From assembly GCA_951812955.1 (NCBI GenBank), contig OX638340.1:768001-832000 (forward strand): 64,000 nt of DNA, in the 5' to 3' direction. Positions 1 through 8,738 of the stretch are shown piece by piece; the first letter of the stretch is position 1; the number at the start of each line of letters is the position of its first letter. The notes beneath the pieces are model-generated. The model was given only the letters and a program-made list of their open reading frames with translations, did not search any database and had not been told where the DNA came from. This DNA comes from an uncultured Gemmatimonadota bacterium (lineage in GTDB: Bacteria; JAAXHH01). The translations under genes and the position numbers were made by a program.

Positions 1-996
1 CAGATTTCCCCGAAGCAGCACCTACTGCCGCAGCGAATATGCTCAACCCCGTTGCTATAAGTTGCTTCTTCTTCTGATTCTGGTAAATTCGATAGCTATG
101 TCGTCTTTCTACGTGTGCGATTTCATGTGCCAGTACAGCTTCGATCTCCAGATCGCTCTCTGAAGATTCCAACAAACCTCGATTTACGTATACAAAACCA
201 GTTGGTACTGCGTACGCGTTGATCTCATCGTCTTCCATAACCGAGAATCGATAGTCGTAACCTTGTAGGGGTATAGGCCAGTGATCCAACACGCGTTTTC
301 CTATCTCCCTTGCCCGGGACTGAAGGTCATCATCAGTCGCCATCTGATTCGCACTCTGGATCACTTGCACTGAGTACAATCCAAGTACACGTTCAGTGGA
401 ATAGTCACTTACTAGTGGAGTCGATTTAAAACACAATGCACACGGGCGCATTCCCGTTTCTTCCGCTTCTTCAATTGAACCAAAAGGATGCTGCATGTCA
501 GGATGAGGTAAATGATTGCTGGACGCCACATGGTACATTTTACTATCAGTGTTTCCTATCAATACTTCATATTCAGTGGAATGTTCATCCAACCTGAAAC
601 ATAAAGCCAAACCCGTTTTAAATGCCTCCCGACCCATTACCGGTGAATGCAAGGGAGAAGAAAAACGAACCTGGCCCTTGCCCAGTCGAGTGCTTCTGAC
701 TTCTACTTCTATTCGGTCTTCCTTTGCCTTGATTGATCGAATCTCGATCGGTTCATCTTTGGGGATTCGGAACAGATTACGATAACGTCTAGAATGGGCG
801 TAATAATAGGTATTACCCTCGTGTTGATAGTAAGTCAGAGGATTTTGATGTATACTGCCTCTAAGTATTGCCTGACGTCCTTTTAATTCATTCTCTAGTT
901 CCTTTACCATCTTCGAGGATACTTTTTGTGCAAATAGGTCTTCAGAAGCCACGAGACAAATCACGATGCACATATACCGAACTAAATTGCGGTCCA
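1..996 (-). CDS. M48-family zinc metallopeptidase; N-terminal part only, the gene continues past the window start
   Basis: My own minus-strand translation gives MDRNLVRYMCIVICLVASEDLFAQ... with a signal-peptide-like N-terminus and HEIAHVERRH (HEXXH) encoded around 111-143. GGAGG lies 6 nt upstream of the ATG at 996..994. It is absent from the ORF track because there is no in-window stop. The segment is only about 45% GC against about 65% for the rest of the window. Confidence 0.7.
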
Positions 997-1092
997 TAAA
1001 CATCCTCCTAGTAGTAAGTTTGTAGTTGTGAATCACCTGTGCTATTACCATGTCCTGCTATTACCAAATTTCAGAAAGCTTGCTTTATTAGC

Positions 1093-2502
1093 TCAGCCTG
1101 ACTCGCTCCCATACTTCGCGTCCCCCACTTTCTCCTGAAGCCGCTTCAATTCCGCCTTCAACTGTGTAACCACTTCCGCGTAATCGGGATCCGCGTACAC
1201 GTTGTTTAGTTCGCAGGGATCCTTCTCCAGGTCGAACAGTTCCCACTCGGGCTCGGACTTCGGACCGATCGCGCCTTCCTGTCCGAGGGGGTCACCGTAA
1301 TAGTTGATCAGCTTGAACCGCAGGGTGCGGACGCCGTAGTGGGCGCAGACGTTGTGGTGGGCGCCGTGCATCCAGTACCGGTAGTACATGGACGTCTGCC
1401 ATTCATCCGGGGTCTCTCCCTGCAGGAGCGGCCGGAAGGAACAGCCCTGGAATGACTTCGGGATGTCCGCGCCTGCGCAATCCAGGAAGGTGGCGGGGAA
1501 GTCGACGTTCAGGATCATGTCTCCGTTCACCGTTCCCGGCGCCACCTCTCTGGGGTATCGGATCAGGAAGGGCATGCGCAGAGACTCCTCGTACATGAAC
1601 CGCTTGTCGTACCATCCGTGGTCTCCGAGGAAGAAACCCTGGTCCGACGTGTAGATCACGATGGTGTCCTCCGCGATCTCTTCTTCATCCATATAGTCCA
1701 GCAATCTGCCTACGTTGTCATCGATCGAGGCTATGCATCGCAGGTAGTCCTTGATATACCGCTGGTACTTCCAGCTTTTCTCTTCGGCGGGTGTCAGGCC
1801 TTCCGGTACAGGCACCTTCAGATCCTCCGCGGTGAGATCGCTTTCAACCCGCATCCGGGCGGCCGTGGCGGCCGCGGCCCGGTTCGAATAGTCGTCGTCG
1901 AAAGTCTCCGGCTCCGGGATGTCCTCGTCCTCATACATGTTCGCGTGCCGGTCGTCTGGCTCCCAGGACCTGTGCGGCGCCTTGTGATGAACCATGAGGC
2001 AGAAGGGACGGTCCCGGTCGCGGCCGCGTAGCCAGTCCAGGGAATAGTCCGTGATGAGATCGGTGGTGTACCCGCTTCGCTTCGTCCGTTCTCCCATTCT
2101 GATCATCTCGGGATCGTGATACAGGCCCTGGCCGGGCAGCACGTCCCAGAAGTCGAATCCGGTAGGATCGTGGATGCCTCCGTGGCCGAGATGCCACTTG
2201 CCTACCACCGCCGTCTGGTAACCCTGTTCCTGCAGCACCTTGGGATAATTCAGCAGGCGTCCGTCCAGGTGGGTGGACAGGGTGGTGACGCCGTTTACAT
2301 GGTTATACGTTCCCGTCAGGATAGCCGCACGGCTGGGCGTGCAGATGGAATTGGTGCAGAAGCAGTTGTCGAACCGCATCCCTTCGGCCGCGATGCGGTC
2401 GATATGGGGCGTCGCGTTGATCCTGCTGCCATAGGCGCTGATGGCGTGTGACGCGTGATCGTCGGCCATGATGAACAGGATGTTCGGGCGTGATTGGGGC
2501 AT
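1093..2502 (-). CDS. Cys-type sulfatase (arylsulfatase / N-sulfoglucosamine sulfohydrolase family); no signal peptide
   Basis: 469 aa. It carries the formylglycine motif C-T-P-S-R-A-A-I-L-T-G, and IMADDH near the N-terminus is a typical sulfatase metal-binding start. The catalytic domain begins directly after MPQSRPNILFIMADD. Confidence 0.85.
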   Translation of the reverse strand: MPQSRPNILFIMADDHASHAISAYGSRINATPHIDRIAAEGMRFDNCFCTNSICTPSRAAILTGTYNHVNGVTTLSTHLDGRLLNYPKVLQEQGYQTAVVGKWHLGHGGIHDPTGFDFWDVLPGQGLYHDPEMIRMGERTKRSGYTTDLITDYSLDWLRGRDRDRPFCLMVHHKAPHRSWEPDDRHANMYEDEDIPEPETFDDDYSNRAAAATAARMRVESDLTAEDLKVPVPEGLTPAEEKSWKYQRYIKDYLRCIASIDDNVGRLLDYMDEEEIAEDTIVIYTSDQGFFLGDHGWYDKRFMYEESLRMPFLIRYPREVAPGTVNGDMILNVDFPATFLDCAGADIPKSFQGCSFRPLLQGETPDEWQTSMYYRYWMHGAHHNVCAHYGVRTLRFKLINYYGDPLGQEGAIGPKSEPEWELFDLEKDPCELNNVYADPDYAEVVTQLKAELKRLQEKVGDAKYGSESG

Positions 2503-2520
2503 GGGACCTTTCCGTTCTAT

Positions 2521-2560
2521 AGAAGGACTTTATTAGAAGAACTTTAACAGAAGTACTGCT
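2521..2560. repeat. Three tandem copies of a roughly 14 bp unit, AGAAG-n-ACTTTA, in the sulfatase upstream region
   Basis: The sequence reads AGAAGgACTTTAtt AGAAGaACTTTAac AGAAGtACTgct. It sits between the sulfatase start at 2502 and the next gene. Confidence 0.5.
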
Positions 2561-2578
2561 GTTTATGACAAGATGGGT

Positions 2579-3538
2579 TCAAGAAGCCAGTACGGTTTTG
2601 AGGGTCGACGCAGCGATATTGGCGCCGCAGATGACGATGACAACGGTACGTCCGCTGAATTCGTCCTTGCGCTTCAGCAGGGAGGCCACGGCAACGCCAG
2701 CAGAGCCCTCGACGATCTTGTGGTGTTCGTGGACCATGAACCGGATGGCTTCGCCGATTTCCTCCTCAGAGACCAGGATGTAATCGTCGACCAGGTCGCG
2801 GCAAACCGGGAAGGTAATCGATCCCGGTTCCACGTCGCCCGCGGACCCATCGGATAGCGTCTCATGCTGTTCGGTTCGTACGACACGCCCCGCGCGGATA
2901 CAGTGGTACATGGCCGCCGAGCGATCAGGCTGGCCGCCGATGATCCGCGTGCCGGGCATATGCGCCTTCAGGTAGACGGCTATCCCGCCGATCAGTCCGC
3001 CCCCTCCGACGGTGACGATGACGTCGTCGGCAGATGGCAGTTGTTGGGACAGTTCGATGCCGATGGTACCCTGTCCGCCGATGATCTGGGGATCGTTGTA
3101 GGGTGAAATCCAGATTTTGCCCTGAACGGCTGCCTGATGCTTGGCGTGCAGCTCAGTTTCCAGCGCATTGCCATCATTGAAGACCAGGCCCACTGGATAC
3201 CGCTGGATCGCCTCCACCTTGGAAGGATCGACCCCGTTGGGCAGGTAAATGGTACCGGGACAGCCCGCGATCATGCAGGCCCGGGCGACACCCTGTGCGT
3301 GGTTGCCAGTCGACGAGGTCACCACGCCCAGGGCCCTTTCCTCCGTGGCAAGTGAGAGTACCTTGTTCATGGCGCCGCGCGCCTTGAAGGAATTGGTGTG
3401 CTGCTCGCTTTCCATCTTGAGGTAGACGTCCGCTCCCGTCCGGTCGGAAAGCGGCATGGAGTGTATAAGAGGCGTCTGCAGGATATGGGGCCGAATGCGT
3501 TCTTCTGCAGCGAGGATTTCGGGTAGCAAGGGATCCAT
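2579..3538 (-). CDS. PLP-dependent threonine/serine dehydratase-like enzyme (fold-type II, PALP)
   Basis: 319 aa. The PLP-lysine motif SFKARGA is present, together with glycine-rich GGGGLIGG and TVGGGG loops typical of threonine ammonia-lyase / serine dehydratase. Confidence 0.75.
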   Translation of the reverse strand: MDPLLPEILAAEERIRPHILQTPLIHSMPLSDRTGADVYLKMESEQHTNSFKARGAMNKVLSLATEERALGVVTSSTGNHAQGVARACMIAGCPGTIYLPNGVDPSKVEAIQRYPVGLVFNDGNALETELHAKHQAAVQGKIWISPYNDPQIIGGQGTIGIELSQQLPSADDVIVTVGGGGLIGGIAVYLKAHMPGTRIIGGQPDRSAAMYHCIRAGRVVRTEQHETLSDGSAGDVEPGSITFPVCRDLVDDYILVSEEEIGEAIRFMVHEHHKIVEGSAGVAVASLLKRKDEFSGRTVVIVICGANIAASTLKTVLAS

Positions 3539-3677
3539 GAACGAACTCCTGCCGGTCTGTCAGTGCGGCTGGATGATCGCGGCTGTCCGTCAGCTCGGCC
3601 GGGAAATTGCGCCCAGCCCATCGGCGCGGCCGAGCGGCGGTTGTCCTTCAGCGCAGCTGGGTGGCGGTTGCCGTCCT

Positions 3678-4046
3678 TCAGCCCGACTGGCCGACATCGA
3701 CCTCGACGTGCCTGATCCTGCCGTCATCGGTGAAGGTGATTGTTTCGCGTCCCCGGCGCTCCACGGACTGCCCCGTTTCGGCACGGGTAGCCCGCATCGT
3801 GAATTCGAAGGAGACCGTATCATCGGAATCAGCACAGTAGTCGTCCACCGTCCAGTGCACGTCGGGAAAATCGGAGAAAAAGCCGCTCATCATCTCCCGG
3901 ATCTCGTCCAGCCCCTCAAAGAGGCCGAACTGTGACGACTGATAGGTGGCGTTGGGATCGAACATGGGAAACACTTCGTCAAGCACGTGGCGGTTGGACA
4001 GCTCGACATAGCGCCTTGCCAGATCCGCCGCTTTCCGTCGATCCAT
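3678..4046 (-). CDS. SnoaL-like / NTF2-fold protein
   Basis: The ORF track extends it to 4127. An internal start, MDRRKAADLARRYVELSNRH, at 4046 has GGGAG 6 nt upstream. It is an acidic small protein of the ketosteroid-isomerase-like family. Confidence 0.5.
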   Translation of the reverse strand: MDRRKAADLARRYVELSNRHVLDEVFPMFDPNATYQSSQFGLFEGLDEIREMMSGFFSDFPDVHWTVDDYCADSDDTVSFEFTMRATRAETGQSVERRGRETITFTDDGRIRHVEVDVGQSG

Positions 4047-4233
4047 GCCATGCTCCCAAGGTGAGGCCCAAACAGGTTTCCGGTGGTTGTACGCGAAAAT
4101 GTGCCATGCCCCGACAGGCCGTGTCAAGTTGGAAAACCATGCGGCTATCGTTCCAGAAGGCGGCGTCTACCCGAGTGAAGCACAAGCGGGGTTGACGCGA
4201 TTTCTTTTATCTTGCACTATCTCTTCATGACAC

Positions 4234-4272
4234 GGCAACTTACCTGGGTAACCTACCTTGGCAACCTGCCGT
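4234..4272. repeat. 13 bp tandem direct repeat x3 in a divergent promoter region
   Basis: GGCAACTTACCTG / GGTAACCTACCTT / GGCAACCTGCCGT occur at 4234, 4247 and 4260. They lie between the SnoaL-like gene (minus) and the alanine-racemase-fold gene (plus). Confidence 0.5.
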
Positions 4273-4325
4273 GTGAAAGTCCAATCTGCACGAATGCGAA
4301 GAACTAACCCGCCACGGACCATGAC

Positions 4326-5462
4326 ATGAGATCAGATACGATTTTCGATGAGTTGGAAACGCCCGCCGTATTGCTCGATGAGACCAGGTTGATGGAGAAT
4401 CTGCGCGCCATGCAGTACCTGGCGGATCGGCACGGCGTCGCACTGCGTCCCCACGCCAAGACCCACAAGTCCCTGGAGATCGGAAGAAGGCAGATCGGAC
4501 TGGGCGCGTCGGGCGTCACCGTGGCCACGGTGGACGAGGCACTGGTCTTCACGGCGGGTGGGTTCAAATCCATAACCGTCGCACGGCCGGTGGTCTCCCC
4601 GTCGAAATGGGACCGATTGCTGGCCGCGGCAAAGGACCGAAGCGTCGCGGTGCGCGTGGTGACCGACTCGAGGGAAGGCATCCAGGTAGCGGGCGAGCGG
4701 GCGGCGGTCCACGGGTACATCGTCGGACTGTTCCTGAAGATCGACGTGGGACTGCACCGATGCGGCCTGTTGCCGGAGGATCCGCGAGTCGTCGAGCTGG
4801 CAGGGATGATACATGATCACGCGGACCTTGATTTCCGTGGCATCCTGTCCCACGCGGGCCACGCGTATGGTTCAAAATCCAGGGCAGAGGCCGTGCGCGT
4901 AGCGGAAGAGGAACGGCGAACCCTGATCGCGGTGCGCGACGCGTTGCGGGCGGACGGCCTGCCGGTAACAGAGGTCTCCGTCGGCGCGACGCCGGCCGTC
5001 TTGGCTACGGATTGCTTCGACGGAATTACCGAGATCAGGCCGGGCAACTACGTCTTTCTTGACCTGCTTCCCGTTCGCGTTGGCGTGGCCAGCCTGGACG
5101 ACGTTGCCCTGTCTGTGCTGGCCACGGTGATCAGCAAGAACGAGACTTACTTCGTGACCGACACCGGTTCGAAGACGTTGACTTCGGATACAGGGGTGCA
5201 CGGCATGACAGGGAACCAGGGGTTCGGCCTCGCCTACCCGGAAAGGGGCTTCCTTGAAACCGCCTGCGAGATGATCGTAGAAAAAGTCTCCGAAGAGCAT
5301 GGCATGGTCAGGCGAAACGGGTTCGACCTGCCCATCGGGGCTAAAATTCGCGTGGTGCCGGTACACAGCTGTCCGGTGGCGAACCTGGCGAGGTCCTATG
5401 TGGTGCTGACTCCGGACGGAATCGAATCCTGGCAGGTGGACGCCGCGGGCGGTTCAAGGTAG
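4326..5462 (+). CDS. PLP enzyme with alanine-racemase N-terminal fold (D-serine deaminase / D-threonine aldolase-like family)
   Basis: 378 aa. PHAKTHK is the fold-type III PLP-lysine motif. The C-terminal half matches the D-serine dehydratase-like domain. Confidence 0.65.
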   Translation: MRSDTIFDELETPAVLLDETRLMENLRAMQYLADRHGVALRPHAKTHKSLEIGRRQIGLGASGVTVATVDEALVFTAGGFKSITVARPVVSPSKWDRLLAAAKDRSVAVRVVTDSREGIQVAGERAAVHGYIVGLFLKIDVGLHRCGLLPEDPRVVELAGMIHDHADLDFRGILSHAGHAYGSKSRAEAVRVAEEERRTLIAVRDALRADGLPVTEVSVGATPAVLATDCFDGITEIRPGNYVFLDLLPVRVGVASLDDVALSVLATVISKNETYFVTDTGSKTLTSDTGVHGMTGNQGFGLAYPERGFLETACEMIVEKVSEEHGMVRRNGFDLPIGAKIRVVPVHSCPVANLARSYVVLTPDGIESWQVDAAGGSR

Positions 5463-5506
5463 CATGCGGCGGCAACGTTCCAGGATGGACCGTGCAACCG
5501 AGTAGG

Positions 5507-8464
5507 TCAGGGACGCAATGTCAACCTGTCACGGGCGCGCTTCAGCCAGTCTACCCCGCCAGCAGGTTCCATCTCCGACAGGAAACGGGAAGGCTGCTTC
5601 CGCTGTGTCGTAATGCAGAGCCTTTCTTCGGCCCGTGTCAGGGCGACGTAGAAAACGCGCCGCTCCTCCTCGATCTGCTCTTCTGAACCCGTCATGCGTC
5701 GGTGGGGCAGTATATCCTCGACCACGTGGAAGAGTATGACGCCCTTGAATTCGTCTCCCTTGCTCCGGTGAATCGTCGTGACTGTAATCCGGTCTTCGGC
5801 AGGCGATGTGTCGCTATGGGTTGCCGCAGGCTGCTCGCCGTCGCCTGCCGTTCCTCCATCATGTGCGTGGCCATCGACCGTTGCTTCCGGTTGCGCACTA
5901 TCTCGGGCTGTATCTCCCCGATATGCACTTTGTTCACCCCTTTCCGCCTGAGACGTGTCATAGCGGACGTATTCTTCAGGATCCGCGTCCGAACCGGAAG
6001 CCATGGACCTGAGATAAGCGCGAACGAACGAGTCCGTAGTCGGATATCTTGCGGCCATCTGCCTTATCATACCGATCGACTCCTCACCAGAAGCCGTCAT
6101 CCGCTGCCTGCTCGTCTCGTCCCTTTGCAGGTAGTAGGCGGCGAGCCCCGACTGATCCATCAACGTATCGAGGAAATCGACCGGAGGCACGCCCGGGGAC
6201 CCGTATACTTTGCGCAGGTTTTCGATGCATCCACGGTATTCATCGAGTTTGCCGTTTACGTCGCCCGGCAGACTGTCTATCCGCTCGAGGAAACGGGGAC
6301 CTAGCACCGCCGCTTCGCGCAGTCGGGCATTGGAGAGCAGCCGAGAAGGGAAGGACAGGCTAATCGCGTATGAAAGGGGATCGGCCTTTTCACCGTGTGC
6401 GACGACGTCGACATAAGCCCCCACGGTCCTTCCCACGTGGGTCTGGTACAGGGCGCCTTCATCGAGTGGATGGAAGGGCAGGTCCGCTTCCTTTAGAGCG
6501 GATTGAAGGGGCGACGCGATGGACTGGACGCGGACCAGGACGGCCATGTCCCTGAAGGCGTACCCCAGCTTGCCCCACCGGTGTATCGTGCGTACCACGG
6601 CATCTGTTTCGGCTTCCATAGACGGACATTTGTGGACCCGGATTGTGTTTCTGTCCGAACCAACCTGTACCGGACGGATTGGCTTGTCGAAACGGTTCGC
6701 GTTATGGGAAATGACGCTGGCGGATTGGGTTACGATTTCCGGTCCGCATCGGTAATTCGCCCCCAGGGTGTGGACCGCAGCGCCGGGATACCACCGCTGA
6801 AACGAGCGGATATTCTCCGGATCCGCGCCGGTGAAGGTATTGATCATCTGGTCGTCATCGCCCACGGCAAACAGGTTGTTCAGCGGCAGGGAGAGCAGTC
6901 TCAGCATCAGGAACTGCACGGGGGTCAGGTCCTGGACCTCGTCCACCAGGACCGAATCGAAGCGATGCTGATATACGGTTCGCGCCCGGGGAGCTGAAAG
7001 AAGGATTTCCACGGCGCGGAATAACTGCTCGTCGAAGGTCATCAGGGCCTTGTCGCTCATGCTGCGTTCCACTTCTTCGCGCATTCTGAGGACCTGGCGC
7101 CTATCAAAGTCCTCAGTTCCCTCGCACGCGCCATATTCATCGATGGGCATCAACGTTCTCCGGTACCTGGAGACCGCCTCCTCGTACGCAATGACGAGAT
7201 GCTCAGGAAAGGGATAGGGGATGGCCGGGAAGTGCCGCTTGAAATCCTCCTTCAGCGCTTTTCTGTATATATCCGTCAACCCACCTGGCAGCGACTGTCC
7301 CGTAACGACGCCATAGTCCGCGTAGGGACTCTCCGGCGCCTGTCTGCAGATCTCGAAACCCAGGCTGTGCAGCGTCCGGATATGCACGTCCGGCAGTCCG
7401 GCATCCCCGTGTATACGCTCTGCCATCACCTCGCTCGCCGCCTTGTTGAAAACCACGCAGAGAATCCGGCCGGGGCGGACGCCGCCCCGCACGGCTTCAA
7501 CCACCCGCCGTGTCAGCACCCGCGTCTTTCCCGAGCCCGCGGGCGCCAGGGTGAGCACCACGCCGGCGCGAGGATCCAGACACCTGGCCTGTTCTCCGGC
7601 CAGACCGGGGTTCGGCTCAGGCATCGGAAGTACGGTTCCGCGGCCGTTGCCGGCCAGATTCGAACGGACCCGTTCTATACATCCGTCGAGATCGTGTACG
7701 ACCTCGCTCCCATTGAACCGGATCACATCCCGAATGTTATGTGCTCGAGTCAGTTCCTTGTCCCACGTGGTGCGGTCGGCGCGGACAAACTCCCTGCCGT
7801 CGACCTCCACGGCCACGAAACTGCCGCGTGAGTCGTCAACAAGCAGATCGACGAAACACGAGCCGAACGGGGCATGTAGCTCGTGGGACAAGCCGGCCCG
7901 GGCAAGCCCCTCGTGCATCTTCCTCTCGACGGGCGTCAACCAGGGTTCTGCCGATGAATTAAACGCATCGGGAGTCGGAAACACGGCACAGGTGCAAGCC
8001 AGGAGGAACCGCAATTGTTCTCTCAGGAGAGGTGACATCGTATCTTCGATCTCGTCCTTATCCGGCATGCCGACCGAACCGGTGTCCAGATCCTGAAGAT
8101 CCCAGGACGCGAACAGATACAGGGGTATGTATCGCCTGTACGCCGGAAGGACGAGGAGGTTTACCAGGCTGTTCATATGGGCCAAGTGCCTGGACGTCAA
8201 TTTGAGGATCAGGCGATCGGGTTCACCCCGCACTTCCTGGCCTTCCTCCGGATCGCTCATTACGGCCGTGCCCGGACGGGACTCGATTTCGGGCATGGAG
8301 TATTCACCAGGACACCGGAATACCGCGAGTCCGCGGCCCTTCTGTTCCCGCAGAGGTACTTCGCCCGGAACGAGCTGGACCGAACCAACGGCCGAACCGC
8401 AGACCGGATGTTGTTCCGCCGATCGGGTCTCTTCTGCCGATAGAACTTCGTCCGTAGATGGCAT
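5507..8464 (-). CDS. UvrD/Rep-like SF1 DNA helicase with an N-terminal DUF559 (Vsr-like, PD-(D/E)XK-fold) nuclease domain
   Basis: 985 aa. Helicase motifs: Walker A LAPAGSGKT, Walker B VLVDEVQD, motif III FAVGDDDQ, motif VI TIHRSKGDEFK / VALTRAEERL. Residues about 200-275, FVDLLVDDSRGSFVAVEVDGREF...RDVIRFNGSEVVHD, fit the DUF559 pattern. An acidic low-complexity insert precedes motif VI. The true start may lie downstream of 8464. Confidence 0.75.
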   Translation of the reverse strand: MPSTDEVLSAEETRSAEQHPVCGSAVGSVQLVPGEVPLREQKGRGLAVFRCPGEYSMPEIESRPGTAVMSDPEEGQEVRGEPDRLILKLTSRHLAHMNSLVNLLVLPAYRRYIPLYLFASWDLQDLDTGSVGMPDKDEIEDTMSPLLREQLRFLLACTCAVFPTPDAFNSSAEPWLTPVERKMHEGLARAGLSHELHAPFGSCFVDLLVDDSRGSFVAVEVDGREFVRADRTTWDKELTRAHNIRDVIRFNGSEVVHDLDGCIERVRSNLAGNGRGTVLPMPEPNPGLAGEQARCLDPRAGVVLTLAPAGSGKTRVLTRRVVEAVRGGVRPGRILCVVFNKAASEVMAERIHGDAGLPDVHIRTLHSLGFEICRQAPESPYADYGVVTGQSLPGGLTDIYRKALKEDFKRHFPAIPYPFPEHLVIAYEEAVSRYRRTLMPIDEYGACEGTEDFDRRQVLRMREEVERSMSDKALMTFDEQLFRAVEILLSAPRARTVYQHRFDSVLVDEVQDLTPVQFLMLRLLSLPLNNLFAVGDDDQMINTFTGADPENIRSFQRWYPGAAVHTLGANYRCGPEIVTQSASVISHNANRFDKPIRPVQVGSDRNTIRVHKCPSMEAETDAVVRTIHRWGKLGYAFRDMAVLVRVQSIASPLQSALKEADLPFHPLDEGALYQTHVGRTVGAYVDVVAHGEKADPLSYAISLSFPSRLLSNARLREAAVLGPRFLERIDSLPGDVNGKLDEYRGCIENLRKVYGSPGVPPVDFLDTLMDQSGLAAYYLQRDETSRQRMTASGEESIGMIRQMAARYPTTDSFVRAYLRSMASGSDADPEEYVRYDTSQAERGEQSAYRGDTARDSAQPEATVDGHAHDGGTAGDGEQPAATHSDTSPAEDRITVTTIHRSKGDEFKGVILFHVVEDILPHRRMTGSEEQIEEERRVFYVALTRAEERLCITTQRKQPSRFLSEMEPAGGVDWLKRARDRLTLRP

Positions 8465-8738
8465 TCGTTTCCTTTTTGTCCTGTTCTATAGACGGAACGT
8501 ACCTGGCGCGGAACGTACGTACTCCGAACTTGTCCACGAAATCCCGGCGGGATTCGCAGGTACGATCGAAATCCATGGGGCAAGTTATCCGTCAACATGT
8601 ACTCTTTACAGTCGGCGCGATGATGCCAATCTCGAAACAATGGACCGAAACCGGATTGCGAAGGGTCCGCACCATCTCGCGCAATATGTTGATGGATCGT
8701 TAATTGCCGGTTATTTTCGGTTTGAGGAGGCCAGCGCT

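Noticed and set aside
516-785. 89 aa plus-strand ORF
   Set aside because: It lies wholly inside and antisense to the M48 peptidase coding region, and it has no motif.
3456-3935. 159 aa plus-strand ORF, and many similar ones (for example 5702..6304, 13174..13926, 16185..16733, 22625..23143)
   Set aside because: They overlap strongly supported genes on the opposite strand or in another frame. High GC3 suppresses stop codons, so long shadow ORFs are expected.
8127-8738. N-terminal 204 aa of the track ORF 8127..9839
   Set aside because: Mutarotase homology begins at MGAVEEKVW (8739), which has a strong RBS. The upstream part is low-complexity read-through of the intergenic region. The same reasoning applied to 16904..17947, 20185.., 21568.. 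and 3678..4127.
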